64,000 nt of DNA from Neophaeotheca triangularis (taxonomy: Eukaryota): NCBI GenBank assembly GCA_054600435.1, contig BAAIJX010000056.1, positions 1-64,000 of the forward strand, in the 5' to 3' direction. The notes beneath the pieces were generated by a model. It did not search any database and was not told the DNA's origin. It worked only from the letters and a program-made list of their open reading frames with translations. Position numbers and translations under genes: made by a program. Below, in pieces: positions 1-10,757 of the stretch. The first letter of the stretch is position 1. Each line of letters opens with the position of its first letter.

Positions 1-45
1 GGTTTTTGAGGCTTTGCGCCGCGAGTTGCTCGATCCTGATGCCAT
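1..45 (-). CDS. possible 5' end of a gene running off the left edge (MASGSSNSRRKASKT...)
   Basis: ATG at 45, open to position 1, pyrimidine-rich leader on the minus strand, TATA-like TATATTATA at ~188-197; only 15 codons visible. Confidence 0.3.
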   Translation of the reverse strand, partial: MASGSSNSRRKASKT

Positions 46-949
46 CGGTGGGGGGGGGCGGGAAGGAGGGCGGGCAGTCTCACAGTCGGAAGAAAGGCCT
101 CAGGCTGGAGCTGGAGCTGGAGCAGCCTGGGAAGGGAAGCAACGACTGGAGATATTAGGGGCACGTGCACAAAAGCTTGGCCTGGCCATATAATATACCT
201 ACGGGTTCCACCTCCTATCTCTCTCAGCCTCCTTGACGACATGAAACTACATAGGTATTTACTCGTCCACACCCCCGACGCTTCCAACCTTCACACAATA
301 ACGTACTCTACTATTCTAGTCATAACCAATTCCGAAGCTGAGGAAGAGCCCGCTCCGGACTAGTTGCAACACAGCACTGTCGTCCTGGAACACGGCCGGG
401 ATTATTGGAACCGTGACTAGCTGGCCGGGTACCTCCAGTAGGTGTCTATACTTTTTCGGCAGCATATTGGACTTGACTGGTCAGGCACTGGCAACAATTC
501 CAAGATTCATCGAGCTCAAGGTCCATGAGACCTACAGCAATCGAAGTGGCCCGAGCCAAAGCCGTCAGACAGGGCTTCTTTCGCTGTGTACGAGTCGACA
601 GAATCACGCGCCTTCGAGCCTTTGCAATAAGATGGTCTTTGTCCCGATGCTGAACTCACGACAATGGTATTGTAGGCAGTGGCTCATGGCTTTGTCGGTT
701 GCTCGAGACATTCTTGCATTTCTTTCACACCATTACAAAGACAAAAATGGTTGAGTGATACGGCTTTATCACGTCTTCATCATGCATCGACTTTCAAAGA
801 GACACTCTACCATATATACCATTCAAGTCCTCGCGATCTACCTAGCTTCCTTTCCTCTCCCACTCCACGCATCCGGTGACTAGCAGGCCTATTCACCACC
901 CTAACAACAAAACTCAAAACCCAAACTCCAAACTCCAGATCCACCTACC

Positions 950-1801
950 ATGTCATCCACCAACACCGGCACCGACATGCCCGACGCTCCAGTCGCCGCA
1001 CCATCAACCCCACCCAACCCGGTTCCCGCCCGGCCCACCGATTACACCACCCCTGAAGCCCCCTCTTTCAGCCCCCTAACCCCCAACAACGAGGTGGCCC
1101 GCGCAACAGTTTCAACCCCACTCAACCCCGTCACTACCCGCCCAGCTGACTACACCACTCCCGAAGCTCCCTCCTTCAGCCCACTAACACCCATCCGCCG
1201 TGTGGGCGGCCCAACCGACAACCGCAGCCCCACAGCCCCGCATTCTACAGGCGACGCCCGCGTCGAAATCCGAGCGACCCTTCAACGCATGCGTCGTGCA
1301 CGCCTGCTTGGAAACAACGAAGCCATCCCCGAGCGTGAAGCCGGAATTGCAAACTCCATGCACGAGAGATTCCTCGCTCGTGCCCGCCAGCTCGAAGTCA
1401 ACGAAGGCACCACCTTTGTCCGAGCGACGCAACAGGCCGACTTGGACCTCCAGGCTCTTGCTTCCCCCGACTACGCTCCCGACTACGAAGCCGCACGCAT
1501 GCATTCCGTCCGTGACCGCATTTCCCTCTCGAACTGGGTGAGGATGCTGGGGCGGTGGCGGGTTGCGATGCTGGTTGAGCGGTTTCGGGGGTTGCAGCCG
1601 AGGGAAGAGAGGGGCCGACCGGAGAGGGTGAGCGAGCATTTGTGCGATATTGAGTGTATGCGCGAAATGGAACAGGACCAGGCTGAGGACGATGAGAGCG
1701 AGGCTCATGCGGACGACTGTGAGTGTGAGGAGTGCAAGGCTGAGGACGGACCTTCCCCCAGTGCCGGACGTCCGATGAAGAGGGTGAGATTTGCTGAGTA
1801 G
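950..1801 (+). CDS. hypothetical protein, Pro/Thr/Ser-rich with a duplicated motif and acidic Cys/His C-terminus
   Basis: 283-aa intronless ORF, ACCATG start context, fungal codon usage; family not recognised. Confidence 0.65.
   Translation: MSSTNTGTDMPDAPVAAPSTPPNPVPARPTDYTTPEAPSFSPLTPNNEVARATVSTPLNPVTTRPADYTTPEAPSFSPLTPIRRVGGPTDNRSPTAPHSTGDARVEIRATLQRMRRARLLGNNEAIPEREAGIANSMHERFLARARQLEVNEGTTFVRATQQADLDLQALASPDYAPDYEAARMHSVRDRISLSNWVRMLGRWRVAMLVERFRGLQPREERGRPERVSEHLCDIECMREMEQDQAEDDESEAHADDCECEECKAEDGPSPSAGRPMKRVRFAE
1004..1192 (+). repeat. internal direct repeat, 108-nt offset (STPxNPVxxRPxDYTTPEAPSFSPLTP x2)
   Basis: copies start at 1004 and 1112; many differences fall at third codon positions. 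Confidence 0.85.
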
Positions 1802-3174
1802 AGTGGAGTGCGAGTGGTGAGTATGAAGTGGAGAAGGTAAGTGGTAGGAGAGAAAAGAGTCGAGTGGTGCGCTGTGCTGTCAGAGAGGTAAGTCCCCTCC
1901 CCCCTGCACCCCCTGTTTTAATCCCCCCTGCCCTTTTTCTTTTTTAAGTTTTCTTTTGTTAGCGTATCCAAACCGTTTGCTTTCAGAATAGCTTTCCCTG
2001 TTCCACTACAAGTCCAAACATTATGACGCCAGTTTTTCCCCAATCCGCAGCCTTCCAGTGCGTTTCTTAACAGGTACGACCGGTGTTGTACATGTAAAAT
2101 CATCACAAGACTTCCTATAGGATGTGTTCCACATTACTTGCGCTTAGCCCAAGACAGATACCACTATAATTGTGATCCGGAAATCCCTAGAATGAGGGCG
2201 AGCAAGCTTTCAACTCTGCAATGTAAAGATGTCTTGATATCTCGATCAATTGGGAGAATCCCCGATGACAAACCTACGGTTCTATCTACGACTTGGGCGA
2301 AAATAAGCCAGTAGTAAAATAGAAACTACTCTTAGTGACAAGTTCATACGTTTAGACGCAAGCAAAGTCCAAATGTCACCTCCTGACATCCCGTTCCTTC
2401 CTTCCATCTATCGTTCCTTTCCTAGTAGCAACGACAAGAACATGGATCATTCAGCACTCCCCACGGCCTGCTTGCCTCGAACTGCCAACGCTCTAGTGGG
2501 TGGGCCTCACTCTGTGAGTCCACTCACATGCTGCTTAAGAAGATCCTAATGCAACGAAGATACTTGAAGCGCCCGGAGTCTTGGAGCGGACGCATTCCTA
2601 TGGTGAACAGATTTCAAAAATGAGCCAAAAACTTGAAGGATAAGTGGCGGAGGCTCAGTAGCTAGCTGAAGTAGAAGTGCAAGCCCGCTATCTTGGTCCC
2701 ATGCGATCTCTCTTTCCCTTTCGGCCGACTGCCAGATCGAGTCTGCATCTCGAGCATAGCAAAGCCAATGCATCCATATCGGCATGTGGTAGGGTCGTCT
2801 TCCCTAGATGCCATGCCTAGAGCTCGGAACCAGCTCTTTGATTTGTAGGGCATGAGTAGCGAGAGCCCCTGGTGCTGTCGTCTTTGTCGAGCATTTGTTT
2901 CCCTCGTCTCCGCAGCTCCACTGCCGTTTAACGTAGCGTATGGCTTGCGTATGGATCCTGCGCGGAAGCCGGAGGCTTTGCGGCTAGAGCGTTCCTTTGC
3001 CGAAGGGAGCTGTACAATGCCACAACCAGTCGCAAAAAGGTAGGAGAAGGTTGGGTGGCAAGGAAGAAGGATCGCAGCCGGCATTCATTCGCTGTTTTAT
3101 GACCGCCAACATCGCTTCGGGCCCGGTTTCTTCAAGTTCCTGGTCGCTGCTCACCCTTCTCGCTCGGTCACGGC

Positions 3175-4284
3175 TCAGGCTTCTCCCCTCCCTAAAGTCC
3201 GCACACAGCCATAGCAAAGTCTAGATCTCGCGGGCGCGCTAGCGTCACTGAGCGGGAGACTGCACAGTTCGCACACCGTTTCGATCGCCTCTACATCCCG
3301 CTGCACATCGCCCCTCCTCAACTCCAACTTCCCCGCGGTCTTTACAACATTACTAACGATACTAGGAAAGTCCCTCTCGACGCCCTCGAAATACTTGACC
3401 ATCAACTCATCAATCGTCGAATTCCTCGTACTAACCGCCGGCTTAGGCGCTTCCTCCAAAACCACTTCTCGCAGCAAAGGTTCCACAAAGTCGCCGAAAC
3501 TCTCAATCTCCTTGCCGAGCAAGTCGCGCATCGGGTAGTAGCTCGGCGGCGCGGAAGGGTTTGTAGAGGCGGCGTCGGCGACGTACCATGGCAGCGAGCC
3601 GCCCCGGCCCTTGGCGGTTTCCGCTAGAGTGCGTTGGGCTAGGCGGGTGGTGCTGCTGCCCCAGAGGATGGCTTCCGTGGAGTGAGAGTGGGCGAGGTGG
3701 GTTAGGAGGTTCGTGAGGAGGAGGGAGAGGATATCGGATTTTGAGGTTGGGGATTTGAGAGAGTCGATGAGAGTGGTGAGGTGAGTTTCTGGGGAGGGGT
3801 CGGGAGTGGGAGGTTGCAGGGCCAGGGGGAGGGAGGCCGTGGGGATGACGGAGGGGTCGAAGAGGGCGGAGAGCGGGTGGGTGGCGTAGTCGTGTTGCGG
3901 GTAGCGGAGTTTGAGCTTTTCGAGGCAGGTTTGCGTTCTAGCTTGGTTCGAGTATGTCGGGAGGGAAATGTGCACGACTAGCAGTTTGAAGCCCGTACGC
4001 CCTGTGTTTTCGATTTGCCGCTGGAGGTGCTGGCTCAGGATGTGCAGGAGTGCGACTGAGGAGGCGCCGAGGGAGAGCGGGAGGAGCAGGACACGTTCTT
4101 TGTCCGGAGTGCTGTGGCGGACGCGAAATGTTTCCATGCGTTTGACGACTTTGGTGTGGACGTATTTCTTGAAGCAGTCGCTACAGAGGGGTTCTGTGCG
4201 GACGGTGATGGCTATGGAGTTGGTTTGGCATCGTCGGCAGAGGGAGGGGTCCAAAGGGATGGCTTGATCCCGTCGGCCTGGCAT
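3175..4284 (-). CDS. NCS2: cytoplasmic tRNA 2-thiolation protein 2 (Ncs2/Ctu2)
   Basis: N-terminal CxxC..LCxxCF, degenerate PP-loop LPLSLGASS, LAETAKGRG, YPMRDL, FPSIVSNVVKTAGKL, C-terminal CxxC..LCYGC; first ATG at 4284. Confidence 0.9.
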   Translation of the reverse strand: MPGRRDQAIPLDPSLCRRCQTNSIAITVRTEPLCSDCFKKYVHTKVVKRMETFRVRHSTPDKERVLLLPLSLGASSVALLHILSQHLQRQIENTGRTGFKLLVVHISLPTYSNQARTQTCLEKLKLRYPQHDYATHPLSALFDPSVIPTASLPLALQPPTPDPSPETHLTTLIDSLKSPTSKSDILSLLLTNLLTHLAHSHSTEAILWGSSTTRLAQRTLAETAKGRGGSLPWYVADAASTNPSAPPSYYPMRDLLGKEIESFGDFVEPLLREVVLEEAPKPAVSTRNSTIDELMVKYFEGVERDFPSIVSNVVKTAGKLELRRGDVQRDVEAIETVCELCSLPLSDASAPARSRLCYGCVRTLGRGEA

Positions 4285-5172
4285 TTTGTGGCTGAAATCT
4301 GGTGGCAATGCTGGAGACTGGATACCCAAGTATGCTTGGGCAAGAAGGTAAAGAGGGAATGTTGTTGGAATGGCTGGTCCGAGCTTTCTCGAAAAGTGAA
4401 TGTTCAGGTTGCAGTCTTAGATAAGCCGTCGATGATTGGCCCGTGATGCCGAGGCGGGGGTGAAGCCTTTGGTAAGCTTGGCATGGGCGAAGCATGGTCT
4501 AATTAATCTCTACGCTCTGCTAAGACTTGGAGCTGATGCGCCTTATCGGCCTCTATAATTAAGGTATATAGTACACCTCTGTCTTGATCAATACCGACAC
4601 TACCTGGGCATTTATCGGGGGCCAAGACTTGTCAACATATATACTAGCCCCTTCTACAGATATCCTCTAACCCCCCCATTCCCCGGAAATCGGCCGTCTT
4701 TTCCGAAAGTCAAGCAGAGCTAGTCGTTTTGATCGGGAAGAGGTGGAGCAAAGGAACAGATGCTATTCAAGCCCTTCCGTCACTTTCGTACAACCAACCA
4801 ACTAACTACACCTCAAAAAACAATCCCAACTATCACCGCAACCTTCTTCTTCTCCACGACTTTCTCCCTCGTTTGGGCAACTATCAGAGCCTCCTGTTCA
4901 CCCTTCTCAATTTCTTCCATCAATCGCCCCTGCCAACTAGGGCAAGACGGAGCGGCGACTGGGCGCGACGACATACCCTGCATGCGGCGACACATCCATC
5001 CCTCAGCCAACCCCGACACCCTGCCGCCAACTCTACCCCGAACGTGAACCCGGTCGAGTCCTAACGATTCCGATTGAAGAGAGGTGAAAAGAGCGATTGC
5101 ATCCACAGGGCCAAGGCTTGATCGGACGTATATCAAAGACACAAACACTCTTCAAGAGACAGGCAGTTCAAC

Positions 5173-8100
5173 ATGGCATGGGAACACCTTTCAATCAATA
5201 AGCCGCACTTGGTGTACATCATCCTGGGCGGCTTCACAAGCATCTTCATGCTCTGCTCCTCCATCATCAAAGAGCGTCTCTACATCGGCGAAGCAACGGT
5301 CGCAACACTATGCGGCATAATATTCGGCCCCCACGCCGCGAATTTGATCGATCCACGAACATGGGGCAACGAAGACCAAATCACCCTCGAGTTCTCGCGA
5401 ATAGTTCTGGTGGTGCAGTGTTTCGCTGTCGGGGTCGAGTTACCCAAAGCGTACATGGAGAGGCATTGGAAATCCGTCACTATGCTGCTGCTACCCGTCA
5501 TGACCTTCGGCTGGCTGGTCACTAGTCTTTTCATCTGGGCAATGTTCCACCCCTACCTCAACTGGTTGGAGAGCCTGTGTTGTGCCGCTTGCGTGACGGC
5601 TACTGATCCCGTGCTGGCATCTTCCGTCGTCGGCAAGGGAAAGTTCGCCAAACGTGTACCAAAGCATTTGAGAGATCTACTATCCTGTGAATCCGGCTGC
5701 AACGATGGCATGGCATTCCCTTTTGTCTACTTGGCTTTGTATCTGATTCGATACCGACCCGACGCCGACGAGGTGGCTCTGGAGTGGTTTTGCGTCACCA
5801 TTTTGTACGAATGCATTGTCGGCACCATCTACGGGCTCGCAATTGGCTATATCGCACGTCGCTTGATCAGATATGCTCACGAAAAGGACCTCATCGATCG
5901 AGAATCTTTCCTCGTATTCTACTTTGTCCTGGCGCTCTTCTGCGCTGGCTCTGGCGCATTATTAGGCATGGACGACCTACTCGTCGGCTTTGCCTGCGGT
6001 GTCGGCTTCTCAAACGATGGCTGGTTTACTGAAAAGACGGAAGAATCTCACGTTTCTAACGTCATAGATTTACTGATTAACCTGGCTTTCTTCGTTTATT
6101 TCGGCACTATCATACCTTGGTGTGTGTTAGCAATTCCCATAGTAACGTTTTGATGCTAATATACAATGTCCAGGGAGCAATACAATTCTGGAATCCTCCA
6201 CCTCGACGCTTGGAGGCTGGTAGTCGTCGCACTCTTGGTGCTCTTCTTCCGTCGCATTCCTGTCATGCTAGCCTTGAAACCGCTCATCCCGGATATCAAG
6301 ACTTGGCGAGAAGCTCTTTTCGTAAGTCTTACCACGCGTAGGAGTGATCCTACGGCTTAGCTCTCGCTCTTTCAACCATAGCCATGGCACAAGACTAACA
6401 CCTAATGATTCAGGCCGGCCATTTTGGTCCCATCGGCGTTGGAGCCATCTTCGTCGCCATTTTGGCCAGAGCAGAGCTTGAGACGGGCGAGACTACTCCC
6501 CTGGCCGAAATACCGGAAAGTGGTGATGAACGCAATCTCATCGTGCTCATCTGGCCGATTGTCACCTTTTTGATCATCGTGTCAATCATCGTACACGGCT
6601 CTTCGGTTGCTGTGTTCACGCTAGGCAAACACATCAACACCCTCACTTTGTCCATGTCCTACACACAAGCCAACGAGCCTTCTTGGATGGATCGCTTGCC
6701 TCGTATAGCGTCCCGCTCCAAGACGTCCATGTCCATGCAGCGATCGGATTCCGAATACGATGAGAAGTCGATCGGGATTGGTAATGGCCTGCTCGCGCCT
6801 AACGGTGCGCTCCTTCGCAGACAACGTGAGGACAGTCACAGTCGCTCGCCTAGCAGGCACAGCCAGAGACGCAACGGACAACGGGATACTGCTATGGGTC
6901 CCGGTGGCCCGATTTCTCAGTCAGCCATTGCTCCTGCTTCCCGCAAGACCGACTTTGCCGCCGAGCCTGCCTCTAGCGACTCTGACACACTTGGTCAACC
7001 CTCCGAACCCCCTCCAAGTGCAGGCAAGATGGGCACTCAACCCTCCCCTCAAGGGACAGGCGAGCGTATCATGCCGCAATCGGGCGAAATTTACGAAGAA
7101 GGTGACAACACGGTGTTTGAAGACGAGCAAGGCAATGTTCTCGCTGTCGAGCACAGTCGAGACGAGGACACCACCCAACAAGACCGGGAAAGGTGGGAAC
7201 AACGCGAAGGCAGCAGACTAATGGATCAAGAGCTGGCCCACTCCAATCACGGCACGGCAGCAACGCAAGTCGACCCCAACAAGGACCCCGGCGAAAACCT
7301 AGCCGAAAGCGTAAAAGATACCGTGCAATCCCAACGACCCGGCAACAAATGGCGACAAGGCACCACGGCCATGCAGAAAATGGGCACGCTCACCGGTTTC
7401 CGCAAACGCGAAACCGACAACAATAACAATACTACCACACCTAAGCCCGAGCAAAAGAAGGAAAAGAGACAAGGTCCGGCTCGCGCTTATCAATTCGGCA
7501 CGACCATCATCGTAGAAGACGAAGACGGCGAAGTGGTGAAGAAGTACGACATACCGACTCCCAATAAGAAAACCCCCGAGCAACAAACCCAGTCGGAAAA
7601 GTCCCGCAAACACATTGGCCAAATGGGCAAATACCTGGGTCTAAGCAATTACAAGAACTCCAATAACAAAGGCGCCGAAGCCTCTTCATCACAGACCACC
7701 GCTACCACACCCGCTCGCGAAGACGACGACGACGCTCGCGTCCGCTTCACCATCGACTCCGGCGGCCGCCGCATGAGCAAGCTCGAATTCATCGACAAAA
7801 TCCGCCAAATGGATCCCAAAGCTCGCGCCAAGACTGTCGAAGAGAGCAACGCGCCCGAGGCTGTGAAGCGCGAAGCCCGCAAAGAATCACGCGAGCAGGC
7901 GGCTCTGAAGAAGGCGGGCTCGAGCGCCGCAGACGCCTTTCCCGTCGTCGCTGAAGAGGAGCCGAGTGCAGATGAAGGTGGTGTCGGGGGCGTGGGACGT
8001 GAGAGGGCGGCTGTGCGACGCTCGTTGGCTCCTGGAGCGGGAGCGGGAGCGGGTGAAGGTGAGAGTCTCGAGCTCGTCGACTCGAACCAGCAAGCCGTGC

Positions 8101-8588
8101 CTTTCCACTCTGTGCGCATTGCCGGTCACGGCCAACGACAGCGAGACACGCCCGCCCAACGCCGCCGTCAGCAAGCCCAGCGGCCTAGAAGGCCCACGGG
8201 GCCCCCGCCGGCGGTCGCTGATGACGATGATTCCGAAGACGATGGCACGGAGCGCGTGCCGCCGAAAGCCAAGATCTCGCGCTCGGGCTCGGAAGAGCCG
8301 GAGGGAGAAGAAGCTGGTGAGACAGCTGCGGAGAGGAGACGTAGGGAGGGGGCTTTGGGGATAAGTGCGAGGAGTGAAGAGAGTGATAGTGAGGATGGTA
8401 TGGAGAATGAGGATGAGGATGAGGACGAGGGTGGTGATGGGGGTGAAGTTGGCCGGGAGGGCGTGGCCAAGCAGGGGCCGGGCATTCGGTTTGCGGATCA
8501 GACTGCTGGTAGTGGTGTCGGTAGTGGTGGTGCAGAGGGGGCGAGGAGGGAAAGTAAGCTTAGGTGGGGGAAGGATGTTAGAAGCTGA
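5173..8588 (+). CDS. NHA1: plasma-membrane Na+(K+)/H+ antiporter Nha1/Cnh1 with long hydrophilic tail
   Basis: TDPVLASSVVG, ESGCNDG and GHFGPIGVGA motifs; exons 5173-6119, 6174-6321, 6414-8588 (introns 6120-6173, 6322-6413) join in frame. Confidence 0.95.
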
Positions 8589-9916
8589 GTATTTCTACCG
8601 ATGGGTCTTAGCGGTCGTCTTGTCGGGTGGGACTGCAGTTTTGCAAGAGCGTTGAATCGGGTTGGGTTGAATTGCCTTGGGTTCCCTTTACCGAGATTTT
8701 GTGTTTCCAGCGATGGCGTTGATGCGTCGGCCATGTACATACAGACAAGATGAGACATAAGACAACTGTCTATCCGTCTCATTGCGAAAGAGAATAAAAT
8801 AAGAACAAAGAAAACCATACAAAGTCCTCTGCTCCCCTACTCTACTCTGCCTATACTTAGAGATCTAGCAAAAAAAGAAAACACTTAGAGACACTTTCCC
8901 CAGCGTACATAACCTCAAAACACTGGATATGCACAGCAGCGCAAATACACCTAACACCAAGCTTCCCGCCTCTCATACTGGCGAAGCTCGTCGCCAGTCG
9001 ACTGGCACGTCACGTAAGAGGCAGCCAAAGGAAAGCCCGTCGAAAGACACCCCCCCTCCCTAAGGTTCCTTTCCGCAAGGCTGATCGCGAAAAGCGAAGC
9101 CAAGGATGCTACGCCGGAAGCCAACGCGCTCTGTGCAGAGACCGGTGGAGTGCGTGTGTCGTAAAAGGTGAAAAAGCCAGGGTTGCTCTTGTAGGTCTAC
9201 CTCGCACCTCGCTTTGTTCAGCTGCTCGACTTGGTAGAGGATAAAGGGGGGGAGGTTGTCGGTCCGCTTGCCATCTACTGCTTTTACTGCCGCTGCTCGT
9301 GCCGTCGGGGTCTTTGTATGTAATCCGAGAACTGCGCGTGTTGGGAGCTATTTTGCTTTTTGGGGGCGTTTTTGGGGGAATACCGGTGGTGCCTTGCTCG
9401 CTCGCTATATAGGTCTGCCCGAGTTTCTTGGCGCAAGACTGCCGGTTGAGGTGAAAGGGGATTGTGGATTTGAGGCTGTAGGTGGTGGAATTGTTCTTTC
9501 CCTTGTTGTGGGATGAAAAGGACTAGCCTTTTTTTTTTTTTTTATCGTAGTCGATGGAAGATTTACGTTACTTGCATGCTGCCGCGACGTCTTTGGAAGT
9601 CGAAGATTGGCGTAGCAGCCGCGCTGGCAATGTTAGGACGAGGAGTCTGACAGCGCCAGCTTCTACCACAGTATTCCGCCAACGGCTATACTTTGCAGTC
9701 ACGTAACAGTCGTGACAGGGGCTCCAAACCCAACACAAGAATAGAATGTACATTAACATATACCCTACAGCCCAAAAAAAAAAGGCACCACAGAGAGGAC
9801 TGCTGGCAACTTCAGAGCAAAAAGATGCCGCCACCGCCGCCGCGTCGGGATTCGATCCAGCTTACGCCCAATACTCCGCATGAATGCAAATACAATGTCC
9901 CTCTTGTCGCGATCCT

Positions 9917-10757
9917 TTAGCATGCGCAACCGTCCTTGTCGCTGTCCAGGTTGATAGGTATGGTCTCAGGGAAATCGGGGTTGAAGTCCTGGGACTCCTC
10001 CTGCGCAAGAGCGTTCCGTGCAATCACTGCAAAAGTCAGCATTCCGTCTTCTCTCCCTCCACCCTCGGTTGTAGTTTCATTAAACCCACCCTCAAAAGCC
10101 TGCTCCACATTCACAGCCTCCTTGGCGCTTGTCTCGAAATACGGTATCCCGCCCTTGCTCTGGCAAAAAGTCGTTGCCCTTTTGCTAGAGATGACTCTTT
10201 TGCTCTCCTCCACATCGACCTTGTTCCCAAGCACGACGAAAGGGAAACTCTCGGGATCCATGGGCGAGGCCTGGATCAGGAACTCGTCGCGCCAGCTGTC
10301 GAGCGTGTCAAAGGACTTGGAATTGTTGACGTCGTAAACGAGGACGCAGCAGTCGGCGCCGCGGTAGAAGGCTACGCCGAGGGATTGGAAGCGTTCTTGG
10401 CCGGCTGTGTCCCAGAGTTGCATTGTCACTAGGCGGTCGTCGACGAGGACTTCTTTGGTCAAGAAGTCGGCGCCGATGGTGGCTTTGTAGCTTGCGCTGA
10501 ATTTCTTGTTGACCTAGATTGGGGAAGGGGGGTGTTGTTAGGCTTGTTCTGGTCGTGTGATGGGCTGTGTTGGGGGGGAGCATGAGGAAGGCGAGGTTAG
10601 GCGCGTACATATTGGTTCATCAAGCTCGTCTTGCCGACGCCGCTGTCACCTAGTATGATGACCTGAGATGGGGGTATCAGTCATGCGCGGGACTTGGTAA
10701 CGATGTTGTTGCAGGGCTGCTGCCCACCTTCAATAGTATCTTCTTTCTCGACGACAT
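9917..10757 (-). CDS. YPT7: Rab7/Ypt7 small GTPase
   Basis: [43 protein letters not shown]-terminal CAC; exons 10757-10728, 10662-10609, 10513-10090, 10026-9917. Confidence 0.97.

Noticed and set aside
2507..2528. Overlapping short inverted repeats CTCAC-TCT-GTGAG and TGTGAGT-CC-ACTCACA
   Set aside because: Too short and isolated to distinguish from chance.
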